From: Candidatus Poribacteria bacterium
Lineage (GTDB): Bacteria > Poribacteria > WGA-4E > WGA-3G
Length of the DNA: 64,000 bases
Direction: 5' to 3'
NCBI GenBank assembly: GCA_965198235.1
Contig: OZ240248.1
Coordinates: 4,832,001 to 4,896,000 of the forward strand
Positions within the stretch are counted from its first letter, which is position 1. Each line of letters begins with the position of its first letter. A program made the translations under genes and the position numbers. Of the stretch, positions 30,153 through 37,976 are shown one piece after another. The notes under the pieces are model-generated. The model was not told the origin of the DNA, did not search any database, and worked only from the letters and a program-made list of their open reading frames with translations.

Positions 30153-30716
30153 ATGATTATTGCTGCCGAGTATTCATTTAACGGTGGACATTCCATTCAA
30201 AAGATGCACCCTTACCTGTTACAAGAAGTGGAAGACATTATTGCTGTTGTTGATGCCTCGCACTACAAAATTAAAGAAAGCAGGGAGCTCACAATGCCGG
30301 GCAAAAAGTTATATAGTCCTTCGGCACTTAATCGTGCCTTTGCTCAGGGCTTTGGTGCCAAAGGATGGCAGAAGAAACGTGTAACATGTAACTATTCGAC
30401 GGAGTACTACCGTCCTGGATATTCATCGAAACAAATGCGCCCCGCATACCGAGAAATGGACTTTCTGAAAGATCGTCTTGGGATAGAGGTACAGTTTGGA
30501 AAATACGCATTTATGGTCTACAACGTGTGTGCCAAAATGACTATTTTTCGTAATTTAGACTACATTGATGCCGGAATTGAAATTGTCCCTGTGAAGTCTT
30601 TTGCTGATGATATGTCTACTGGAGTCTCGTATTTTGAACAATTCGTGTGGGATTTAGAAAAACGGGGCGTTGCTGACATTGATATCCCTGTCCTCATTTT
30701 TGGTATTGATGTGTAG
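30153..30716 (+). CDS. BglII/BstYI-family Type II restriction endonuclease
   Basis: LYSP.ALN.AF...GW; DFLKDRLGIEVQFGKY; MSTGVSYFE resemble BstYI. Confidence 0.85.
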   Translation: MIIAAEYSFNGGHSIQKMHPYLLQEVEDIIAVVDASHYKIKESRELTMPGKKLYSPSALNRAFAQGFGAKGWQKKRVTCNYSTEYYRPGYSSKQMRPAYREMDFLKDRLGIEVQFGKYAFMVYNVCAKMTIFRNLDYIDAGIEIVPVKSFADDMSTGVSYFEQFVWDLEKRGVADIDIPVLIFGIDV

Positions 30717-30767
30717 AGACAACCAACTAAAAAACCTCACATTATTGAGAAAATCTTTGGAGTTGGA

Positions 30768-31322
30768 ATGGAAACAGTAACACTTACCTATAAAAGACCC
30801 CCCAATCGAGTCAATCACTTTCAACAGGAACTACTTTACCTCGACGATGAGGTCATTGTTACGTCTCAACGGGTTAAACCGTCCTCGCCTATAGTTCAGA
30901 ACGGTGAGACGGTTTTGGCGGATAACTTCGCCGCGGTCTGGTTTGTGTTTACAGGTTTATGGTATGATGTCGGCAAGGTTTATAATCTGGATAACGAGTG
31001 GACCGGCTATTACTGTGATGTTCTGAAACCGGTCAAGCGCAGCGTGGATGCAACGGGAAAACTTGACCGTTTTGAAATAACGGATCTGTTCTTAGACCTT
31101 TGGATAAATCCAGATGGCACCTATGAGATTCAGGATGAAGAGGAGTTTGAAGATGCGGTTCAGAATGGCGCGATTGACGCTGAATTAGAAAGAAAAACAC
31201 TGGAGGTTCTACAAGCATTAATCACTGAAGTTGAGTCTGGACATGTGGAACGTCGCTTACAGGAGGTAATTAGTAGAGCGGGATTCCCAGATTTACAGGA
31301 TTATATAGAAAAGTTACCTTAG
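30768..31322 (+). CDS. DUF402 (FomD-like) protein
   Basis: WYDVG..GYYCD..DLFLDLW..QDEEEFE. Confidence 0.8.
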   Translation: METVTLTYKRPPNRVNHFQQELLYLDDEVIVTSQRVKPSSPIVQNGETVLADNFAAVWFVFTGLWYDVGKVYNLDNEWTGYYCDVLKPVKRSVDATGKLDRFEITDLFLDLWINPDGTYEIQDEEEFEDAVQNGAIDAELERKTLEVLQALITEVESGHVERRLQEVISRAGFPDLQDYIEKLP

Positions 31323-31642
31323 AAATCGAGACGGGCGGAGAGGTGGCAGTGGAAACGATAGCACTAATCTATAAATGGCCTCCCGATCGGGTACATCAGT
31401 CTCAACAGCAATTGCTTTACCTAGAAAACGCGTGAAACCCAACGCTTTATCACACGCCCCACGATTGGGTGGGTTTCGCTATACCGACTTCCAAGAACGG
31501 GGGATTGAAAATTGACATTCTCGGTATAAACGATAGGTCTTTGGGGCTTTTACCGCTCAACCCAACCTACATTGAAAATCTTTTTCAAACTCACGTTATC
31601 TTTAAACTCACTGTGTTGTAAAAGGAGGCAGGCTTTCCTTTC

Positions 31643-32893
31643 ATGCTAAAGCATGGAGTCCTCAGCCTGAAGAATTTCATGGCAACATTGGCAATAAATG
31701 GCGGTGAACCTGTCCGCACTGATTCTTATCCGACCTGGCCCACGCAGGATCCTGCTGATATCGAAGCATTTGAAACTATTTATAAGAGTGGGCAATGGGG
31801 TGTTGGGGGACCAAAGGTCCCTGAGTTTGCACAGCAGTTTGCTAAATTCCAAGGTGCGAACTATGGCGTTTGCGTCAATAGCGGCACCTCGGCACTCTAT
31901 ATCGCCCTGAAAGCATCAGGGGTCTGCCCGGGCGATGAAGTCATTACCACATCGTATACCTTTCAGGCGACGGTCGTCGCTATTCTGATGACGCACGCCG
32001 TCCCTGTTTTTGTAGATACTGCACCAGACAGTTTCCTATTGGATCCTTCAAAGATTGAAGCCGCGATAACGGAAAAAACGAAGGCGATTTTACCGGTTCA
32101 TATCGCCGGGTATCCAGCGGATATGGACGCGCTTATCGACATCGCGAATCGGCATAACCTAAAGATTGTCGAAGATTGTGCACAGGCACACGGCGCGGAA
32201 TGGCGCGGACGCGGGGTCGGCAGTTGGGGACATTTCGGATGCTTCAGTTTCCAGTCATCCAAGAACCTTTGTGCAGGCGAAGGCGGGATCGTCCTTATAA
32301 ACGACCGGGAACTCTACGAACGCGCTTACGCGCTCCATAACTGCGGTCGTACCCTACCAGATGCTGAGTTTGGAGAGGCAGAACCCTTTGGCGGGAACTT
32401 CCGAATGACGGAGTGGCAGGCTGGGTTACTCCTTTCCCGTTTGACTCGACTTGAAACTGAAACCAACTACCGGCATAAGAACATGCGATGGTTAGATGGA
32501 TGGCTTGGTGAGATTCCGGGCATTAAAGTCACACCGCTCGATCCGCGTGCCACGCGCGGCGGATGCCACGGCTATAAAGCAATTTTTGATTCCGAGGAGT
32601 TTGAGGGTATATCACGTGAGACGTTTCTCCGTGCAATGCGCGCGGAAGGGATACCGATGGGATATTGGTATACTACCCCGATGTATCGGGCAGCCTTTCT
32701 CGCCTCTAATCTTTTCGGTCAGGATCTCAATTATGATGGTGTGCAGTGCCCCGAAACTGAAAAGATATGTCAAACAGGTCTCTCCTTAAGTCAAAATGTG
32801 TTGATGGCGAGTGAAGAGGACATAGAGGATATTGTTAAGGCGGCGATTAAAATCCGCCGGAACGTCGCTGAGTTAAAGTCGGAAACCTCGTAG
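31643..32893 (+). CDS. DegT/DnrJ/EryC1/StrS PLP-dependent aminotransferase
   Basis: LAINGG.PV, NSGTSAL, EDCAQAHGA, FSFQSSKNL, GEGG; ancestral start probably ATG 31679. Confidence 0.93.
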   Translation: MLKHGVLSLKNFMATLAINGGEPVRTDSYPTWPTQDPADIEAFETIYKSGQWGVGGPKVPEFAQQFAKFQGANYGVCVNSGTSALYIALKASGVCPGDEVITTSYTFQATVVAILMTHAVPVFVDTAPDSFLLDPSKIEAAITEKTKAILPVHIAGYPADMDALIDIANRHNLKIVEDCAQAHGAEWRGRGVGSWGHFGCFSFQSSKNLCAGEGGIVLINDRELYERAYALHNCGRTLPDAEFGEAEPFGGNFRMTEWQAGLLLSRLTRLETETNYRHKNMRWLDGWLGEIPGIKVTPLDPRATRGGCHGYKAIFDSEEFEGISRETFLRAMRAEGIPMGYWYTTPMYRAAFLASNLFGQDLNYDGVQCPETEKICQTGLSLSQNVLMASEEDIEDIVKAAIKIRRNVAELKSETS

Positions 32894-32921
32894 TGTGTAG
32901 CAAGCCTTGTTGAATTTTCCG

Positions 32922-32956
32922 CTATCCTTTTGGTCTGAGTTGGCTCTATATAGGCA
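32922..32956 (+). promoter_or_regulatory. Putative ECF-type promoter, copy 1
   Basis: CTATCC-TTTT-N12-CTCTATATAGGCAA, repeated at 33175. Confidence 0.55.
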
Positions 32957-33059
32957 ACCTGATAGATAGATTTTTAACGATTAACTCTGAGCTGCTGCGT
33001 TCGGTTGCTTCGCAGTGAGAATGCAGTATCCCAATTGTTAAAAAGCCTTTATCATCGAG

Positions 33060-33152
33060 AAACGGTTGGACTTCACCGAAAACCACCGTGAAACGAAATT
33101 ATGCCTTAAATGGCATAATTTGTCTTTGCTTTACATTTGGAACGGTGCCCAG
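33060..33152 (+). repeat. Family B repeat with 39-nt cassette
   Basis: ttcaccgaaaaccaccgtgaaacgaaa[ttatgccttaaatggcataatttgtctttgctttacatt]tggaacggtgcccag. Confidence 0.8.
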
Positions 33153-33174
33153 ATTTAAGAGTTAAAAAATTTTA

Positions 33175-33211
33175 CTATCCTTTTCAGTCTTAAGGGACTC
33201 TATATAGGCAA
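33175..33211 (+). promoter_or_regulatory. Putative ECF-type promoter, copy 2
   Basis: CTATCC-TTTT-N13-CTCTATATAGGCAA, 50 nt upstream of ATG 33261. Confidence 0.55.
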
Positions 33212-33260
33212 ATCCATAAGCGCAAGCCTATAGAGGCTTGCGGGACAATAGGAGAAAATC

Positions 33261-33842
33261 ATGTCTAACGAACGTGAAGCCCAGAAGGAAATCCGTCGGC
33301 AAAAGGAAATCCGTCAGATTCTGAGGCTATTGGAAACAACAGCACGCATCGTAGAAACTTCAGCGATTACAGACCAATTTTCAGGTGGTGAGGAACGATG
33401 CGCTCGGCAATTTAACAACGCACTTGAGCTCCTGACCGATCTCGGTGCAGTGCCCGAGGGTCTGTTTGAACCTTTGGAGGATGATGCATCTTTTGGCGAT
33501 ATTTGCTTTGCCTGTCACCAAGTTGTTGCCTACGCGAAAGAAAGCTGCGCTGATGATTTTGTTGACTTCACGCAAATCAAGAAAACGATTGGCGATGAAT
33601 TGAAAGATGTCAGGGAAGTTGTGCGGCAATCAATGCCTTCCTTCCTCAAAGATGTATGGGGCGGGCAAGCACAAGAAGATGACGTTAATACCGCCGAGAC
33701 CGTTGAGGTCACCTCAGACGATGATGAGGACGTAACATCTGTCGAACAGCGTATTGCGAAGCTTGAAGGGCAAATGGAGACTGTTGTGGAGATACTCCAA
33801 GAGATCCGGACACAACAGATTGAACAGAACAAAGAACTTTAG
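33261..33842 (+). CDS. Hypothetical helical protein with C-terminal coiled coil
   Basis: 193 aa, SD AGGAG; VEQRIAKLEGQMETVVEILQEI heptads. Confidence 0.75.
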   Translation: MSNEREAQKEIRRQKEIRQILRLLETTARIVETSAITDQFSGGEERCARQFNNALELLTDLGAVPEGLFEPLEDDASFGDICFACHQVVAYAKESCADDFVDFTQIKKTIGDELKDVREVVRQSMPSFLKDVWGGQAQEDDVNTAETVEVTSDDDEDVTSVEQRIAKLEGQMETVVEILQEIRTQQIEQNKEL

Positions 33843-33884
33843 AATAGCCAGCGGCTATCGGCTGTCGGTGCGTGGCATGCACGT

Positions 33885-35816
33885 TTACCAGTGTTTGAAC
33901 GAATACATCCGTTGTCCGAGAAACAGTCCTAAAATTGCCCAAAGACTTCCCATCACGAATTCGCCGAGCATTGTTCCGAAAAAGAGGGGTAGTGTTCGGC
34001 GATACGCGCCGATCCCACCGTGGCGAATCAGTATGGATTTTAGTACCCAAGCGATAAATACGGGAAACCAAAGCCTACCGAAGTTCCAATTGCCTGCGAG
34101 TGGGTAGGCGAGTGGATGGAGTTGCCACCAGATAAACCGCAAACGCATAAAGAGCGTTGTCAGCGTGAGAGAGATACCGAAACCCAAAAATCCCATGCGT
34201 CCCCAGTCTGTGTCGTTCGGAAGGGTTAACCAGCGTTGTAGGTCGCTGAATGCCTCCTGCCCGCGCCATGTTCCCAGATTGCCATGTCGGTAACCGGCGT
34301 GAAGGAATGCAACAAACCCAATAACTAACCCGATAACTGTCGCACCCCACATCACCCAAAGAATTTGACTCGAGTTAATTCCGCCTCTGTCGGCGAGTTT
34401 AAATCCTTCCAACTGGTTCGGCATCGGTTGCGAACGGTAGTTGCGGGTGAACCCATAAAGGAAAGCAAAGCCTGTCAACGTTGGTGGACCAATCTTTCTG
34501 GAACCAACAAGCGAAGTAAGGAAGAGTCCAGGACCAGCACGATAGAAATCCATCGTCGGTGTTCCGAGTTCGGCACGCATCCGGGTGAACGCTAAAACAA
34601 GTATGAATTGAATACTGAAAAACCCAAGCACGCCCCACCACGACATCCCTGCCTTCAGGCAAAATCCAAACACGACTGCAATACCGAGCAAGAACCCAAC
34701 AAACGCGCTCCGGTATCCCATCGGTTCATTTGTTGTATCAAGGTTTGTTTTCAGACCTAAGATATTGCGTGCAACCTGCCAGAGATGTTTGTGTGTTATC
34801 CAAAGTGCAAAGAAACAGAGTCCAAAGTACGCACCAGTCGACTGCATGTCAATATGCGGGTAACCCGGTGTCTGGTTCAGCCCTGTCATCGCGCCAAAAA
34901 CGAGTTGTGCCTTCCAGAAAAGATAGAACAGCCAACAAGAAAGTGACAAATCTAACGGCATTAAGAAGCCTATACCGATAGCGTAAGGATTCAGATGGAT
35001 GGGGGTTGAACCGATAGCACTCAGTGGTTTTTCCGTGAATAACAGCCCAATATCGTGACGGATGGGGATGCTCGGTACATAGGGATAAAGAAAACTGATA
35101 CCATTGAGTAGATCAAGTCCACATCCAATGGCAAACCCTATCCAGAGGAGCCGGTTTCGGTAGAAACTCACACCTTTTGTCATTTCAAACGGGAGTAGAA
35201 TGATAGGGTAACTCAGTTTTTCGTGTTCGATCCACTGTTTGCGTAGTATAACGCTGAGCATCATCATGGAGAACGCGAGTGCAGAAAAGAAAAGTAACCA
35301 TGCTAATATCGGCGTGAGCCACGCCTGAATGTGTTCTATTTCAAACAGATTTGATGTGCCTTCATAGTAGCCTGTTAAGGCACGCCGATCTGTTACGGCG
35401 ATCCAGTCCGGAATGTATCGGAAAAATAGAGATTGCCATTCGTTCTCCGGTGTAGCGAACCACGTTGCATGCCCCAGGACGCACATCGTCGCCTGCAACA
35501 GGTCGTGTCCGCAGACGACACATGCAAGCGTTACCATGAGGTACACCGTCAGCATTTCTGCTTGTGTGAGCCGCCATCTCGGAAGATAGCGTGTTAAAAA
35601 TAGATTGAAGAGTGCGATGAGAAGGAGCGTAAAGACGGCGTTGAAGAAAATCGCCATCGTGGTTGGGTATTGCGTTGTCCAGACCGTTTCCGTTTGAACC
35701 ACGAGGTAGATATTGAGTGGAAGCGATAACAAACCTAATAGGATGGCTCGCCATGTGATATTTTCGGTTTTTTTAATTATACCTTGCGGTTCGGTAAGGT
35801 GGGTTGATAGTTTCAC
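33885..35816 (-). CDS. DUF6785/DUF6784-type multi-pass membrane protein (putative transporter)
   Basis: ~16 TM; EMLTVY, ATPENEW, LRKQWIEHEKLSYPI..LP, RMRAELG, WWQLHPLAY, FFGTMLGEF. Confidence 0.8.
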   Translation of the reverse strand: MKLSTHLTEPQGIIKKTENITWRAILLGLLSLPLNIYLVVQTETVWTTQYPTTMAIFFNAVFTLLLIALFNLFLTRYLPRWRLTQAEMLTVYLMVTLACVVCGHDLLQATMCVLGHATWFATPENEWQSLFFRYIPDWIAVTDRRALTGYYEGTSNLFEIEHIQAWLTPILAWLLFFSALAFSMMMLSVILRKQWIEHEKLSYPIILLPFEMTKGVSFYRNRLLWIGFAIGCGLDLLNGISFLYPYVPSIPIRHDIGLLFTEKPLSAIGSTPIHLNPYAIGIGFLMPLDLSLSCWLFYLFWKAQLVFGAMTGLNQTPGYPHIDMQSTGAYFGLCFFALWITHKHLWQVARNILGLKTNLDTTNEPMGYRSAFVGFLLGIAVVFGFCLKAGMSWWGVLGFFSIQFILVLAFTRMRAELGTPTMDFYRAGPGLFLTSLVGSRKIGPPTLTGFAFLYGFTRNYRSQPMPNQLEGFKLADRGGINSSQILWVMWGATVIGLVIGFVAFLHAGYRHGNLGTWRGQEAFSDLQRWLTLPNDTDWGRMGFLGFGISLTLTTLFMRLRFIWWQLHPLAYPLAGNWNFGRLWFPVFIAWVLKSILIRHGGIGAYRRTLPLFFGTMLGEFVMGSLWAILGLFLGQRMYSFKHW

Positions 35817-35997
35817 GTTCTTTTCCGTAGAGTCGCCTGCGCCGTTGTTGCAGGCTATGTTTTTGGTGGAGTCGGGAATCGGTTTTTTTAATTATACCTT
35901 GCGGTTCGGTAAGGTGGATTGATAGTTTCACATTCTTTTCCGTAGAGTCGCCTGCGCCGTTGTTGCAGGCTACGTTTTTGGTGGAGTCGGGAATCGG
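35764..35997. repeat. Direct tandem duplication of a 115-bp unit containing family C
   Basis: Two copies with period 115 and 3 visible mismatches. Confidence 0.9.
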
Positions 35998-36005
35998 CAC
36001 ATAAA

Positions 36006-37976
36006 TTAAAAAGTTCGCTCCTGACCATAGAAAATTCGGGGCCTAAACGATGGTGTAAAGGGCGGATCGAGCGGGAAGGCGAATTCTACCCGAAGAGTAC
36101 CTGTCCCACTAAACTGAGAGAGACTACCCCGCAATCCAAACCCAACGCTTCGCTTGGGTCTCGCTAAATTGAAGGTGTGATTGCCGTTCCAGATGTATCC
36201 GATATCTGCAAACACGATGCCACTCAATATGACTCCAAGATGAACTCGCCTGTCGCTAAACGGACGAGCCACAGCTGTCGCGACCGCTGCAAGTGATTCG
36301 TCTACTTTGCGGAAAACCGTTCCACCGAATATAGTTCGACTTTCGAGGCTCAGCAACATCATCTTTTCTCCACTAAACTGCCTATAGGCGTAGCCGCGTA
36401 ACCCGTCGAACGCTCCCAAGAGAACTTGGCTGTGTCCACGCCATCCAAACTGCATCTCTGTTTTAAACTGCACGACAAATGTCTGATGAAGATCGAAGAG
36501 ACCGTTCTCTCTAAAACCGGTTTGAAGTGTATAGATATCACCTGTGTTGAATACATCTGTGTAAAACCAAGCGGTTTGTGCTTGGAGGAGGGAGCGTTCA
36601 ATTCGACTCGTGAAGTTTGTACTAAATGCGAATGTTGTGAGGTTAAAGAACTTATTGCCATTCATCCATCCAGATCCGAAAGCCAGTTCCGCGTAAGATT
36701 TTGAATGGTCCGATGCGTATAAGGGTGAAGCATATCCAAGAGAGAGGGCGTATTGAGAGCCGACGAGGAAATTTTCCTCTTGCCCCATCCGTCGAAGAAA
36801 TCGGGTGTTGTGATATGCAATGCGTTGCCTCCCTAAAGTGAAGCCGATTCGTTTTATGTCTCGATTCTCTAACATTGCATCGGATTCGCTTGATTTTTCA
36901 AGTAACACATATTTTGAACGCCGCGAGGCTGCCCACAACCCTATATAATTTTGTTGATATCTATCACCGAAATATCGTCGGACATTCGCATAGGTTCCCT
37001 GTAGATTTTGCTCAAATATATCGGTTTTCTTTGCGTTTTCATACCAGAATATCGGATTAACCGATTCGGAAAAACGTACGCTTGCACTCCACCGACTTTT
37101 GAGTGTATATTGGGGACGTTCTAACAGCACAACCAAGGAATCGCCTTCCCGCTTCTGGATATATTCGCCATCGAAGTTCCAGTGCGAATTGAATAGTCGC
37201 GGGTTATTATACCGTCCTCTCACAAGACTCCGCGTTTTTTCACCGACTTCGCTAATCCTTTCGTAGCGCCATAGGGTGCCTTGGCCCGATCCGAACATAT
37301 TCGGATCTCGAAACTGTAGTAGCCAATACCTCTTTTGGTTATTTAGGTTCAGATCTCCTCCAAGTGGAAAGGACAGCAGTTCCCTAATGGTCGCGTGAAT
37401 CGTAACTGATTTCGACAGTTCATCCCATTGTGCGTCAACCTTTGCGGCACCAATATACGTCTTGCGTCGAAGAATCTGTTCGCTTTCCTCTCTATCTGCT
37501 TCTGTGTAGACCTCCCCCTCCGCAAATAAGAGTTCGCGGCGGATAACGTCTTCTTTCGTCTTTATATTGCCAGTTATGATGATGTTGCCGACACGACCTT
37601 CGTCAATCTCAATGCCGAGATAAACACCATCTGCGAATTTCTTCACAGAGAGTTGCTTTTCATCCACACGCGCGAAACGGTACCCGTTCTCCCGATAAAA
37701 GCGTGTAATCGCTTCAAGATCGGATTTCAGAACGGTTTTATCGTAAACACTCCATACATCTGTCTGCATCAGCGCGCGGATTTGCTGTTCAGAGAATGAT
37801 TCGTTTCCATCAATTACGAGGCTACGTACAATGCCCGCTTCATCTCGTAAAACCATTCTTTTGTTCTGTGGAGAGTCTATCGTTTCTGATGAAATTTCAA
37901 CGTGGACGCTGATACTGAGTAAGACGATTATGCACAAAGTCCGAAACGGGCGCGGGACATACCAAAGATCTGCCAT
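36006..37976 (-). CDS. Omp85/BamA/TamA-family outer membrane protein (2 POTRA + barrel)
   Basis: VIDGNESFSE, IITGNIKTKEDVIRRELLF, GLRGYAYRQFSGEK, FADIG, C-terminal F. Confidence 0.85.
   Translation of the reverse strand: MADLWYVPRPFRTLCIIVLLSISVHVEISSETIDSPQNKRMVLRDEAGIVRSLVIDGNESFSEQQIRALMQTDVWSVYDKTVLKSDLEAITRFYRENGYRFARVDEKQLSVKKFADGVYLGIEIDEGRVGNIIITGNIKTKEDVIRRELLFAEGEVYTEADREESEQILRRKTYIGAAKVDAQWDELSKSVTIHATIRELLSFPLGGDLNLNNQKRYWLLQFRDPNMFGSGQGTLWRYERISEVGEKTRSLVRGRYNNPRLFNSHWNFDGEYIQKREGDSLVVLLERPQYTLKSRWSASVRFSESVNPIFWYENAKKTDIFEQNLQGTYANVRRYFGDRYQQNYIGLWAASRRSKYVLLEKSSESDAMLENRDIKRIGFTLGRQRIAYHNTRFLRRMGQEENFLVGSQYALSLGYASPLYASDHSKSYAELAFGSGWMNGNKFFNLTTFAFSTNFTSRIERSLLQAQTAWFYTDVFNTGDIYTLQTGFRENGLFDLHQTFVVQFKTEMQFGWRGHSQVLLGAFDGLRGYAYRQFSGEKMMLLSLESRTIFGGTVFRKVDESLAAVATAVARPFSDRRVHLGVILSGIVFADIGYIWNGNHTFNLARPKRSVGFGLRGSLSQFSGTGTLRVEFAFPLDPPFTPSFRPRIFYGQERTF

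Noticed and set aside
35764-35997. Tandem repeat as a CRISPR array
   Set aside because: Two 115-bp units with no unique spacers, and no cas genes
35773-36000. 75-aa minus-strand ORF
   Set aside because: Consists entirely of the duplicated repeat read in two frames
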